NCBI GenBank assembly: GCA_030654225.1 | Contig: JAURXY010000015.1 | Location: 397-64,396 of the forward strand | Direction: 5' to 3' | Length of the DNA stretch: 64,000 nt | Source: a bacterium | GTDB lineage: Bacteria > Patescibacteriota > Minisyncoccia > Moranbacterales > UBA2206 | Shown: positions 26,616 through 36,391 of the stretch, one piece after another | Layout: each line of letters opens with the position of its first letter | How positions within the stretch are numbered: position 1 is the first letter of the stretch | Made by a program: the position numbers and the translations under genes | The notes under the pieces: model-generated | The model's input: the letters and a program-made list of their open reading frames with translations, nothing else | What the model was told of the DNA's origin: nothing | The model's database searches: none

Positions 26616-27407
26616 ATGGAAGAAATAACCAAACAACTTGAAATTATTGGTATAAACGGCAAAGATGCTGATATCTATATTGAATTACTCAAAACCAAAG
26701 AAGCTACTGTGATTCAGTTGTCGCAAAAAACCGCTATCAAAAGAACTAGCGTCTATTATTGCCTAGATTCCCTCATAAAAAAGGGTGTTGTTGGTATGAC
26801 GATAAGAAATAACAAAAAATTATACTATATCGAAAATCCAAAAAGTAGTTTGAACAATATTATAGTTCAGCAACAATCGGCCATCACTGAATTGTTGCCT
26901 AAAATTCAAGATCTCTATGGGAAAGGCTCTAGCCTGCCGGAAATAAAGCTATACTATAACTTGGCCGGCATAAAAAATATTTTTGAAGATGTTTTGACTT
27001 GCAAGGAAAAAGTAGCGCGTTATTACATTGCCGATTCCAGTGTGGATGAAATGCTGGGAGAAGATTTTTTGAAAGCGTTTGTTAAAAAAAGAATTGCTCT
27101 AAAAATAAAAAGTCTATCACTTAGATCTGCTGGTTATGCCCCAGAAAGAGAAACCAACTATCAACTGCGTGAAATCAGGCAAATGCCCAAAGATTTATTT
27201 TTTTCTTCCTATATGTGCCTCTATGATAATAAATCCGTTGTAATTTTGGCAAAAGAAAAAATTGGGTTTATTATTGAATCTAATGAATACGCCCAAGCAC
27301 AAAAAACTATTTTCAATACGATTTGGAATATCAGCGCATCACAAAAAGATATTATCAATACAACCCAAGAAAAAGAAGACGATCTAGATTATTGGGCGAA
27401 GCAATAA
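26616..27407 (+). CDS. TrmB-family transcriptional regulator
   Basis: N-terminal wHTH (IY.ELL...T...I.RTSVY..L..L..KG.V); C-terminal YDNK...IIES......IF...W. Confidence 0.85.
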   Translation: MEEITKQLEIIGINGKDADIYIELLKTKEATVIQLSQKTAIKRTSVYYCLDSLIKKGVVGMTIRNNKKLYYIENPKSSLNNIIVQQQSAITELLPKIQDLYGKGSSLPEIKLYYNLAGIKNIFEDVLTCKEKVARYYIADSSVDEMLGEDFLKAFVKKRIALKIKSLSLRSAGYAPERETNYQLREIRQMPKDLFFSSYMCLYDNKSVVILAKEKIGFIIESNEYAQAQKTIFNTIWNISASQKDIINTTQEKEDDLDYWAKQ

Positions 27408-27412
27408 CAATT

Positions 27413-28360
27413 TCATTGTGCTTTATTTTTCTTCAAAAAATTATAAATTCCTCGTACGGCAATCGCCCCTTCAGAAGCGGCGGTGATAACTTGGCGAAAT
27501 TTGTCGGAGCCATCTGTGATGTCACCAGCTGAAAAAACTCCTGCCACATTTGTTGCGCCAGTTTTTTGAATTTTAATATAACCCGCTTCATCCAATTCAA
27601 TTCCTAGTTCACTAAAATATTCCACCGCTGGATCTGAACCCGCTTCAATAAAAAGACCGTCTAAATTTAATTCGTTGGAATTATTGTAAGCTTTGTCGAG
27701 TTTTACTTTTTCCAATTTTTGCTCACCCAAAATTTCCACCACATTAGTTTCATAAAGCACTTCTATTTTTTTATTATTCTTAATTAAATTTACCCAAAAA
27801 GGTTCAGCGCGCAATTCTTTTTTTCGATAAATCAAGTATACTTTCTCTGCTAAATCAGCTAAATATAAAGTCGCGGTCGCTGCGCTATCTGATCCACCAA
27901 TCACTCCCACGATTTTATTTTTATAAAAAAATCCATCACAAGTAGCACAATATGACACACCTTTTCCAAAAAATTCTTTTTCTCCAATAATATTTAATTT
28001 TCTTTTTTTTGTGCCAGTCGCCAAAAGAATTGTTTTTGAATATAAAATATTTTTATTCGCCAAGGTTATAGAAAAAATATTATTTTCTTTTTTTATGTTT
28101 TCAACTAAGTCCGGCAAAATTTCCACCCCATATTTTTTGGCGTGATTTCCCCATTTCTCCGAAAACTCAAATCCGCTCATATCTTCCATTCCGGGATAAT
28201 TGTCAATTTTATGCGTCTCACTAATTTGTCCACCTAAAAGCGCGCCCACAATTTTATGCTTAACTCCATAACGCGAAGCATAAATCGAAGCACTAAGCCC
28301 CGCCGGCCCCGCCCCAATAATTATTAAGTCGTGAATTTTCTCTCTTGTTTCATGTTTCAT
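27413..28360 (-). CDS. trxB: Thioredoxin reductase
   Basis: IIGAGPAGLSA, NYPG, GVSYCATCDG, GGSDSA, AGD, QVITA..EG. Confidence 0.92.
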   Translation of the reverse strand: MKHETREKIHDLIIIGAGPAGLSASIYASRYGVKHKIVGALLGGQISETHKIDNYPGMEDMSGFEFSEKWGNHAKKYGVEILPDLVENIKKENNIFSITLANKNILYSKTILLATGTKKRKLNIIGEKEFFGKGVSYCATCDGFFYKNKIVGVIGGSDSAATATLYLADLAEKVYLIYRKKELRAEPFWVNLIKNNKKIEVLYETNVVEILGEQKLEKVKLDKAYNNSNELNLDGLFIEAGSDPAVEYFSELGIELDEAGYIKIQKTGATNVAGVFSAGDITDGSDKFRQVITAASEGAIAVRGIYNFLKKNKAQ

Positions 28361-28378
28361 GCTATATGTTTTATGTTT

Positions 28379-29536
28379 TTAATTCTTTATCGGCATCACG
28401 ATATATGTGAAATTATCCAAAACTTCCCCAGATTTTTCATTAATTTCACGAACTGCTACGGGAGTAGCTTCACTATTTAGCAAGATTGCCACTTGAGAGG
28501 TAGTGGTAGCGTTAATTCCATCTAAAAGATACTTAGCGTTAAAAACAACTTCTTGAGATGGTCCTGTGATGTCAAATTTGAGCTCAGCTGAATTTTCTCC
28601 CACCTCAGCGCTAGAAGATAGAATAAAAATTTTTTCTTCCTCTTGGCTAATTTTGAGCGTTATCTCATTTGATCCCCCTGCAGAAAAAACACTCGCCATC
28701 TTAATAGCATTTTGCAAAACTTGTTTTTCCCCTACTATTCTCGTTTTATATTCCGCCGGCATTATATGTTTATATTCTGGATATTTTCCATTTATAAGCC
28801 TAGAGACTAACTTAATACCATCTATTTCAAAAAATATTTGCCCCTCTTCAATAGTTATTTTTACTCGATTGTCAATGTCAGGCGCCAGCATCCGATTTAA
28901 TTCCCCTAAAACATTAGCTGGGATAATCACATTTTCATTTTTTTCAATAAAAAGCTTATAAGTTTCCTTATTTATATTAATTTCTTCTATTTTTATTTGA
29001 CATTCTGAAAGACGAAAACTATCTGTGGCCGCAAAAATAAGCTCTTTTTCTTTTAATATAAGGTTTATTCCTGTAAGTTCTTGACGTGATTCATTAAACG
29101 CTACTGCTGGCATTACCTTTAAAATAGCGGTTTTTAACTCTAAACTAGAAAGATCTAATAAATATTCCGTTTTTCGTAGAGGTAGAAGAGGAAAATCTTC
29201 CGCGGAAATTCCTTTTATTATAGCTTTATTTATCCCACTTTTTATTTTCAGATTATTATCCACAAGTTCAAGGGAGATATTTTCTCCACTTGGAAGATTA
29301 GCCGAAAAATTACTAATAAGTTTAGCGGGGATTGTTATTCTACCCTCTTTTTCTATTTTTGCCCCTATTTTAGAAGAGACTCCAATTTCTAAATTAGTAG
29401 CAGATAGTTTTAATCCTCCTTTTTCTGTTTCAAAAAGAATATTATTTAGAATAGGTAGGGTGTTTTTCTTTGAAACTACTCTTTCACAATTAAAAATTGC
29501 TTTTTTAAAATTCACTTCCGTACAAATTAGTTTCAT
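28379..29536 (-). CDS. dnaN: DNA polymerase III beta clamp
   Basis: LPILNN, ATNLE, ATDSFRL, SRLI.G.YP.Y, FN.KYLLD, VMPIK. Confidence 0.96.
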   Translation of the reverse strand: MKLICTEVNFKKAIFNCERVVSKKNTLPILNNILFETEKGGLKLSATNLEIGVSSKIGAKIEKEGRITIPAKLISNFSANLPSGENISLELVDNNLKIKSGINKAIIKGISAEDFPLLPLRKTEYLLDLSSLELKTAILKVMPAVAFNESRQELTGINLILKEKELIFAATDSFRLSECQIKIEEININKETYKLFIEKNENVIIPANVLGELNRMLAPDIDNRVKITIEEGQIFFEIDGIKLVSRLINGKYPEYKHIMPAEYKTRIVGEKQVLQNAIKMASVFSAGGSNEITLKISQEEEKIFILSSSAEVGENSAELKFDITGPSQEVVFNAKYLLDGINATTTSQVAILLNSEATPVAVREINEKSGEVLDNFTYIVMPIKN

Positions 29537-29824
29537 ATTGTTTTATTTAGTATTTAATTATTCTTATTATTAGTATAAAGTTATTACTATTATTACATAA
29601 GGCGATAATGGGGTATAAGTGCTAATTTTGTTTTATATAAGCTAAAATATGTGTGGATAAGAATTGGATAAGTCTTTAGGTGGGGGTATTTTTTAAGTGG
29701 GATAATTTAGAGGGAAAAAATATATTTTAGAAATATTTCAACTTAGGAACAGGTCTTTTGATATTTTAAACACAGAGTTAATAGTGGGTTTTTAAGCTTC
29801 TTATCCACAAGATAAGCACTTTTA
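29537..29824. other. Probable replication origin (oriC)
   Basis: AT-rich dnaA-dnaN spacer with perfect DnaA boxes TGTGGATAA 29652-29660 and TTATCCACA 29801-29809 plus degenerate boxes; by eye the + strand shifts from C-rich to G-rich near here. Confidence 0.8.
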
Positions 29825-31204
29825 TTAGTTTATAGTATATAAAATATCGCGTAGGTGAGTAATTTCTTCGTCGAGTCTTTCGTCTAATTTGATTTCTTTG
29901 GAAATTTTTTCATAAGCATGCATAGCTGTAGTATGATCTCGTCCACCTAATTTATCGCCAATACCTGGGTAAGAGTAGGAAAGTTCACTACGCATAAGAA
30001 ACATAGCTATTTGACGGGGTTTTACCACTTCTTGCTTTCTGTTTTTTGCCACTAAATCAGCTGGAGATATTTCATAAAAATCAGAAACAGTCTTAATAAT
30101 ATGTTTATGATTAATGCCTTTTTTCTTGCCACTAGAGATAATATCAGATAATATTTGCTTTGTATAAGCTGAATCTAGTGATTTTTTAGTTAATTGGGCG
30201 CTCACAGATACGCGGTTTAGGGCACCTTCTAGCTCACGAATGTTGTTTTTAATATTAGTAGCGATAAATTCCAATGCCTCTTCGGTGATTTCCACTCCAT
30301 TTTGAAGGGCTTTTATCTTAAGAATAGCTAATCTAGTCTCAAGATCAGGCTTGGATACATCAGCAATCATCCCCCCTTCAAAGCGCGAACGCAGTCTTTC
30401 CTCGAGAATTTGGATAGCTTTAGGGGCTCGATCACTAGAAAGGACTATTTGCTTGTTGAGTTGGTAGAGATAATTGAAAATATGGAAAAATTCTTCTTGA
30501 GTTTTCTCTTTTCCTGAGATAAATTGAATATCATCAATGATAAGGAGGTCTATTTTTTGGTAATATTCCTTAAATTCTTGGATTTTCTGAGTTTTTATTG
30601 AATCTATTAGATCACTAGTGAATCTTTCTGAAGAAATGTATTTTATTCGAGTTTGGGGGTTTATTTTTAGTGCTTCATTGCCAATAGATTGAATAAGATG
30701 GGTTTTCCCTAAGCCCACTCCACCATAGATAAAAAGCGGATTATAAACGTTTCCAAGACTCTTTGAGACAGCATAGCAAGCAGCGCGAGCCAGCTCATTG
30801 CTTCCGCCGATAACAAAATTCTCAAAGGTATATTTTTGGTTTAAATTACTTTCTTGGCTTATTGGTGGCTTTTTTTCATAAAAAACAGGTGATTTTTTGG
30901 GAGCTTGAACAGCGTCGACAGTTATTTCTTTATTTGTTTGAGGAAAAGATTGAGTTGGACCGGAAGAAATCAGGCAAGAAACTGATTTTATATCGCCCTG
31001 AATATTTTTCAAGGCTCGTAGGATGTACAGATCATACTTATTTTCTAGCCATTCTTTAGCAAAGCCATTTGGAACACCAATAACTACATGGCCGTCCTTA
31101 AGGGAAAGAATAGAGGTGTTTTTAAACCAAGTGATAAAATTAGCCTTAGAAATAGAAAGCTCTATTTCCCCTAGGGCTGTTTGCCAAAGTTCCTCGTTGG
31201 TCAT
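29825..31204 (-). CDS. dnaA: Chromosomal replication initiator DnaA
   Basis: YNPLFIYGGVGLGKTHL, DDIQF, QEEFFH.FN, RLRSRF, RELEGA, GGRDHTT; start MTNEELW. Confidence 0.98.
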   Translation of the reverse strand: MTNEELWQTALGEIELSISKANFITWFKNTSILSLKDGHVVIGVPNGFAKEWLENKYDLYILRALKNIQGDIKSVSCLISSGPTQSFPQTNKEITVDAVQAPKKSPVFYEKKPPISQESNLNQKYTFENFVIGGSNELARAACYAVSKSLGNVYNPLFIYGGVGLGKTHLIQSIGNEALKINPQTRIKYISSERFTSDLIDSIKTQKIQEFKEYYQKIDLLIIDDIQFISGKEKTQEEFFHIFNYLYQLNKQIVLSSDRAPKAIQILEERLRSRFEGGMIADVSKPDLETRLAILKIKALQNGVEITEEALEFIATNIKNNIRELEGALNRVSVSAQLTKKSLDSAYTKQILSDIISSGKKKGINHKHIIKTVSDFYEISPADLVAKNRKQEVVKPRQIAMFLMRSELSYSYPGIGDKLGGRDHTTAMHAYEKISKEIKLDERLDEEITHLRDILYTIN

Positions 31205-31278
31205 TTTATTGATTAAGTTAATAAAGAAAGTTTTACTAAAAAAAGTATAACACAACTGAAAAATCTAGTCTAAGAAAA

Positions 31279-31311
31279 AGGGGGATAAAGGTGTGGACAA
31301 TGTGTGGAAAG
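31279..31311. promoter_or_regulatory. Degenerate DnaA boxes in the dnaA/rpmH divergent promoter region
   Basis: GGGGGATAA, TGTGGACAA (31292-31300), TGTGGAAAG (31303-31311). Confidence 0.65.
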
Positions 31312-31377
31312 AAATGTAAATTGACTTGTAGTCTATTAACTGGTAGAATTTTAAATGAATTAACTAATAATAATAAA

Positions 31378-31512
31378 ATGAGCATAACTTACCAACCAAA
31401 AAGTGGAAAAAGAAAAAAAAGACACGGTTTTATCGAAAGAAACAGCACTAAAAACGGAAAAGCTGTCCTAAAAAGAAGAAGACAGGCCGGTCGAAAAAAA
31501 TTATCAGTATAA
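31378..31512 (+). CDS. rpmH: 50S ribosomal protein L34
   Basis: [32 protein letters not shown]. Confidence 0.96.
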   Translation: MSITYQPKSGKRKKRHGFIERNSTKNGKAVLKRRRQAGRKKLSV

Positions 31513-31522
31513 ATATAATTTT

Positions 31523-31864
31523 ATGCTTCCCCGCAAAAACAGGCTTTTAGCAACAAAGGACTTTGAGGCAATTAATCGTACAGGCAGTTTTTTTTCTTTT
31601 GGGGAGGTTTTTTTAAAAGTAAAGAGGAATAATAGCGAGGAAACCAGAATAGGTTTTTCTATCGGAATTAAGTTTTCTCCTAAGGCGGTGGAAAGGAATA
31701 GATTGAAAAGGCAACTGCGAGAAATATTTAGAAAATACATAAAAAAAATAGAAAAAGGACTGGACATAATGGTTTCTCTTAAAAAAGGTGGTAAAAAAGA
31801 ATTTTCGATTAATGAATTAGAGCGAGATGTTTTGGCAGTATTAAAAAAAGCAAAACTAATATAA
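31523..31864 (+). CDS. rnpA: Ribonuclease P protein component
   Basis: MLP..NRL, RIGFS...K....AV.RNRLKRQLRE; conserved synteny. Confidence 0.93.
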   Translation: MLPRKNRLLATKDFEAINRTGSFFSFGEVFLKVKRNNSEETRIGFSIGIKFSPKAVERNRLKRQLREIFRKYIKKIEKGLDIMVSLKKGGKKEFSINELERDVLAVLKKAKLI

Positions 31865-31893
31865 ATAATTTTTAGTAAATTTTTAGAAAACAT

Positions 31894-32655
31894 ATGATAT
31901 CTTTTTTATTTGGAGAAACTGTTTATAGACCGATTTATAACTTTTTGATTTTTATTTACAATATTATCCCTCTACATGATTTTGGTGTAGCAATTATTGT
32001 GGTGACTTTAGTTTTGAAGTTTCTTTTGATTCCACTAAGTAAAAAACAAATTCAGTCGCAGAAGAAAATGCAAGAAATGCAGCCAAAAATCAAGGAAATT
32101 CAAGAAAAACACAAAAATGACAAGGAAAAGCAAAGTCGGGCGCTGATGGAATTTTATAAAACAAATAAAACCAACCCCTTTTCCGGCTGTCTGCCAACAA
32201 TTTTTCAGCTTATTTTTTTAATTGCAATTTATCAAGTGTTATTCAACATTTCAAAAGCGGGACTAGTGGTGGATCCAAAAGAACTATATTCATTTGTTCC
32301 AAATCCAGGACAAATTAATCAATATTTCTTTGGAATTATTGATCTTTCCAAAACAATCAATCTAAGTCAGTTGAATATCAAGGTTATTCCTCAGTTAATT
32401 TTGATTGTTTTAGCGGCACTGGCTCAATATGTGCAGATAAAAATGATGACACCTAAGACAAGCACGCAAGCTAAAGGAACAGAACCGGATATTTCGCAGA
32501 TAATGACGAAGCAAATGATGTATCTTGGGCCATTGCTAACACTTTTTATTGGAATAAAATTTCCTGCTGGGTTAGCTCTTTACTGGCTTGTTTCGACAGT
32601 TTTTGCTATAATTCAGCAGACGAAAGTTTTGAAAAAAGAAAAGATTAATAGTTAA
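31894..32655 (+). CDS. yidC: Membrane protein insertase YidC (short form)
   Basis: GVAII..T, QPK.KE.Q, NPFSGCLP, PAGLALYW. Confidence 0.93.
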   Translation: MISFLFGETVYRPIYNFLIFIYNIIPLHDFGVAIIVVTLVLKFLLIPLSKKQIQSQKKMQEMQPKIKEIQEKHKNDKEKQSRALMEFYKTNKTNPFSGCLPTIFQLIFLIAIYQVLFNISKAGLVVDPKELYSFVPNPGQINQYFFGIIDLSKTINLSQLNIKVIPQLILIVLAALAQYVQIKMMTPKTSTQAKGTEPDISQIMTKQMMYLGPLLTLFIGIKFPAGLALYWLVSTVFAIIQQTKVLKKEKINS

Positions 32656-32665
32656 TTTTAATAAT

Positions 32666-33154
32666 ATGGAAAACGAGAAAATAACGGCTGAAACAAAAGA
32701 AGAAATAAGAAAATCTATCGAAGAATTAGTTATGAAAATGGGATTTCAATGTCAAGTTGAAATTATAGAAACAAAAAACCAAGAGCAAGAGGAGTTAGTT
32801 TTTAACATTAAAACAGAAGAATCGAGCTATCTAATTGGACAATATGGAGTTAATCTTCAAGCCTTGCAACATATGGCCAGAATAATTTTTCGTGGAAAAA
32901 CGGAAAATAAAGCTAATTTTACCCTGGATGTTAATTCTTATCGACAAGAAAAAAATGAATCCGTCTTTGCTTTAGCAAAAAATATGGCCCAGACATCTCT
33001 TCGTGAAGGACGAGCAGTGGTAATGCGTCCAATGTCTCCATACGAAAGACGACTTGTGCATATGGAACTGGCTAAAAATGACCAAATTAAAACCGAAAGT
33101 ACTGGTGAGGGAGAAGATCGAAGAGTGGTTATCAAACCCGCTAGCTTAGCTTAA
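32666..33154 (+). CDS. jag: Jag/KhpB KH-R3H RNA-binding protein
   Basis: LIGQYG.NL.ALQ, DVN.YR, PM..YERR.VH, TES.GEG.DRRV. Confidence 0.88.
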   Translation: MENEKITAETKEEIRKSIEELVMKMGFQCQVEIIETKNQEQEELVFNIKTEESSYLIGQYGVNLQALQHMARIIFRGKTENKANFTLDVNSYRQEKNESVFALAKNMAQTSLREGRAVVMRPMSPYERRLVHMELAKNDQIKTESTGEGEDRRVVIKPASLA

Positions 33155-33159
33155 AGTTT

Positions 33160-33306
33160 ATTAAAGAATTATTTTTTTTTCGAAATTAACTCGAGCCCTA
33201 AAAATTATTACTAAAATTTTCCCTCAATCAACGGCGGTCATAGGAAAATTTTAGATAATTTTTGGACTCTCAAACAGAAATTTCTCAAAAAAGATAATTC
33301 TTTAAT
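33160..33306. repeat. ~147-bp long imperfect hairpin (MITE-like)
   Basis: ATTAAAGAATTAT.../...ATAATTCTTTAAT ends; inner CTAAAATTTTCC/GGAAAATTTTAG. Confidence 0.62.
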
Positions 33307-33356
33307 TATAATTTTGGCTTTTCGTAGTTTCGTTTATTTAGTAGTTCGTAAATTCT

Positions 33357-34778
33357 ATGGTTATAGCAAGAAAAATAGCTTATAATGTTCTAGTTAGCAG
33401 TTTTTCTAAAATTCTTTCAACTATCTTGGCTCTAGTTTCAATCGGGCTGATTACGAGGTATTTAGGGCAAGAAGGTTTTGGAAATTACGCCACTGTGTTG
33501 GCGTTTTTGTCTTTTTTCACTGCCATTGCTGATTTGGGGCTTTATTCTACTGTCACTCGAGAAATTTCTCGCGAAGGGGCGGATGAAGAAAAAATTGTGA
33601 GTAATATTTTCACTTTGCGAATAATAATTTCCTTAATTGTTCTAATTCTAGCCCCGGCAATTGTTTTTTTCTTTCCATATCCAGCAGAAGTCAAACAAGC
33701 AGTTATGATAGTAGCGCTATCCTTTCTTTTTTCTTCATCCTACCAAGTGTTAAATGGAGTGTTTCAGAAAAATTTAGCAATGGACAAGGTAGCCATCTCA
33801 GAATTAACTGGAAAAATTATCCAAGTAGTTTTTATTTTTTATGCTATAAAATTCCAGCTTAGTTTTCTTTGGATAATATCCTCACTTCTTTTAAATATGT
33901 CAGTTAGTTTTTTCTTAGTTTATTTTTGGTCTAAAAAATATATTTCTTTTTCATTTAAATTCGATTGGCCTTATTGGAAGAAATTTGTCAAAGAATCTTA
34001 TCCGCTAGGGATTGCCGCGGTCATTAGTTTTGTCTATTTCAAAATCGATACAATTCTTTTGTCTGTTTTGAAAACTAGTGCGGAAGTGGGAATATATAAT
34101 GTGGCTTATAAGGTGATTGAAAATATCACCTTTTTCCCAGCGATGATAGTGGGGTTGGTTTTTCCAATTATATCAAAAAATATTTTTTCTGATCGGGCGC
34201 GTTTTTGGGATATTTCTAACAAGACCTTTAAGGTTTTTTGGCTTTTTGTTATCCCGCTGATTATTGGCACTGTGTTTCTTTCAGATGGAATTGTTGAGTT
34301 AATTGGAGGAAAAGGATTTTTTGCTTCAAGTGTCATTCTTCGTATCCTAGTTTTTTCTTTGGGATGTATGTTTTTTAGCAACTTATTTAATGTTATTTTG
34401 ATTTCTGGCAACAAGCAAAAAAAATTAATGGTAATTATGGTGATAGCGGCCATTTTCAATGTGGGGGCTAATCTAATTTTTATCCCAATTTATTCCTATA
34501 TGGCGGCTGCAATAATTTCTGTGGCGACAGAATTTTTTGTGACCGTGGCTACGCTCTATGTCATAATTAGAGATTTGAAATATTTTCCTAAGGTGGAAAA
34601 GTTTTGGGCAATTGTTTTTTCTGGCATTATTATGGCCAGCTACTGTTTTATTTTTTCTGAAATTAATTTTTTTCTTTTGGCTTTTTCGGCTACAGCCGTT
34701 TATATCTTTTCAATTTGGTTATTTAGAGCGGTTAAAACAGAAGAAATTGCTAGTATAATTAGCAAAAATACAAAATGA
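33357..34778 (+). CDS. Wzx-type polysaccharide flippase
   Basis: About 14 TMs; RYLG..GFG.Y, DLGL, D..LL......VGIY. Confidence 0.9.
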   Translation: MVIARKIAYNVLVSSFSKILSTILALVSIGLITRYLGQEGFGNYATVLAFLSFFTAIADLGLYSTVTREISREGADEEKIVSNIFTLRIIISLIVLILAPAIVFFFPYPAEVKQAVMIVALSFLFSSSYQVLNGVFQKNLAMDKVAISELTGKIIQVVFIFYAIKFQLSFLWIISSLLLNMSVSFFLVYFWSKKYISFSFKFDWPYWKKFVKESYPLGIAAVISFVYFKIDTILLSVLKTSAEVGIYNVAYKVIENITFFPAMIVGLVFPIISKNIFSDRARFWDISNKTFKVFWLFVIPLIIGTVFLSDGIVELIGGKGFFASSVILRILVFSLGCMFFSNLFNVILISGNKQKKLMVIMVIAAIFNVGANLIFIPIYSYMAAAIISVATEFFVTVATLYVIIRDLKYFPKVEKFWAIVFSGIIMASYCFIFSEINFFLLAFSATAVYIFSIWLFRAVKTEEIASIISKNTK

Positions 34779-35632
34779 GTACACCTAAGATTTTTATAAT
34801 AATCCTAAATTATAATGGGCAGGAAGTCTTAAAAAAAACACTCTCCAGTGTTTTCCAAGTGGATTATCCAAATTTTGAAATAGTTTTGGTGGATAACAAT
34901 TCCAAAGACGGTTCTTTTGAAGAGGCGCGCAGAATTTTTCCTAAGATAGCTTGTATAAAAAATAGTGAGAACCTTGGTTTTTCTGCCGGCAACAACATTG
35001 GGATTGAATATGCTTTGGAGCGCGGGGCGGATTATGTGTTGCTTTTGAATTATGATGCGGTAGTTAAAAAAGATTTCCTTTGGCCACTAATAGATCTGAT
35101 GGATAAAAATAAGAAAGTTGGCATTGCTAGCCCAGTGATTCTAAAAAATGAAACGTCAAATGTTTGGTTTTCAGGTGGAAAAATAAAGTGGCTCAAAATG
35201 AAAACAGAGCACCAAGAAAATAACTTGAAAGAAAATTATTTTCATTCAGACTACATCACTGGTTGCTCTATGATAATCAAAAAAGAGGTGTTTCGCAAAA
35301 TCGGACTTTTGGATGAAGACTATTTTTTATATTGGGAGGACGCTGACTTTAGTATTAGAGCCAAAAGGGCGGGGTATAAATTGGCAGTTTGTGCGGGCAG
35401 TCATGTTTGGCACTTGGAAAAAAGCCAAGAAAAAAAAGCTAATAAAATATATTGGCTGGTGCTTTCGGGACTCATTTTTTTTCGAAAAAACTCCCCAATG
35501 TATCTTCGACCATGGCTTTTTGTCTATGTTCTGCTACGCAAGATAAAAAATAGAAAAGACGTGAAGCGTCAAAAAACTCCTATTAATGAATCAGTGCAAA
35601 AAGCGTATAGAGATTTTAAAAAAGTAATTTAA
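34775..35632 (+). CDS. GT2 glycosyltransferase
   Basis: ILNYN, VDNNS.D, NLGFSAGNN, GCSM, DEDYFLYWED.D. Confidence 0.92.
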   Translation: MSTPKIFIIILNYNGQEVLKKTLSSVFQVDYPNFEIVLVDNNSKDGSFEEARRIFPKIACIKNSENLGFSAGNNIGIEYALERGADYVLLLNYDAVVKKDFLWPLIDLMDKNKKVGIASPVILKNETSNVWFSGGKIKWLKMKTEHQENNLKENYFHSDYITGCSMIIKKEVFRKIGLLDEDYFLYWEDADFSIRAKRAGYKLAVCAGSHVWHLEKSQEKKANKIYWLVLSGLIFFRKNSPMYLRPWLFVYVLLRKIKNRKDVKRQKTPINESVQKAYRDFKKVI

Positions 35633-35638
35633 TTTCTG

Positions 35639-36391
35639 ATGGTATCAATAGTAATTGTCAATTATCGAAGTAAAATATATCTAGCTAAATGTTTATTTTC
35701 AATAAATAAATATTCTTTTAATGAAGAGTTGGAGATTATTGTGGTTAACAATGATCAGAAAGAAAAGTTGACCGAACTAGTTAATAAATATCCAAGAGTT
35801 AGATTGTATCAAAATAAAAAAAATACTGGATTTGGCGCTGCTTGTAATTTTGGAGCTCAAAAAGCTCAAGGAGAAAACATCCTCTTTCTAAATCCAGATA
35901 CTCAATTTCTGAATAACTATATAAAAGAAATTTTAATCAAAATACAGCGATATAAAGATAAAGTAATTATAATAGGTCCAAGACTAATAACTGATAAAGG
36001 GAAAACGCAAGAATGGGGCGCTGGCAAGGAAATTACTTTTACTCAAATAATAAAAAATAATCTCGGGATAATTGAAAGCCGTTCTTTATGGGAAAGTAAA
36101 CAAGACATTATGGTCGATTGGGTAAGTGGGGCGACATTGTTAATTAAAAAAAGTATTTTTGATAAATTGGGTGGCTTTGATGAAAATTTTTTTATGTATG
36201 CAGAAGATTTGGATTTATGTGTTCGAGCGAAAGACTTAAATTCAGAATTTCAAGTCTTGTATTCGCCAGAGCTAACCATTTTGCATAGCGGAGGGAAAAG
36301 TAGAGAAAGCTTAATTAAACAAAAAATTCAATTTTTTAAATCGTCTCTATATTATTTAATAAAAAGAAGAAAAAAACGAAATAAAAAATGA
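35639..36391 (+). CDS. GT2 glycosyltransferase (WbbL-like)
   Basis: VNY, N.GFGAACN, LNPD, DWVSGA, GGFDE.FFMY.ED.D. Confidence 0.92.
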   Translation: MVSIVIVNYRSKIYLAKCLFSINKYSFNEELEIIVVNNDQKEKLTELVNKYPRVRLYQNKKNTGFGAACNFGAQKAQGENILFLNPDTQFLNNYIKEILIKIQRYKDKVIIIGPRLITDKGKTQEWGAGKEITFTQIIKNNLGIIESRSLWESKQDIMVDWVSGATLLIKKSIFDKLGGFDENFFMYAEDLDLCVRAKDLNSEFQVLYSPELTILHSGGKSRESLIKQKIQFFKSSLYYLIKRRKKRNKK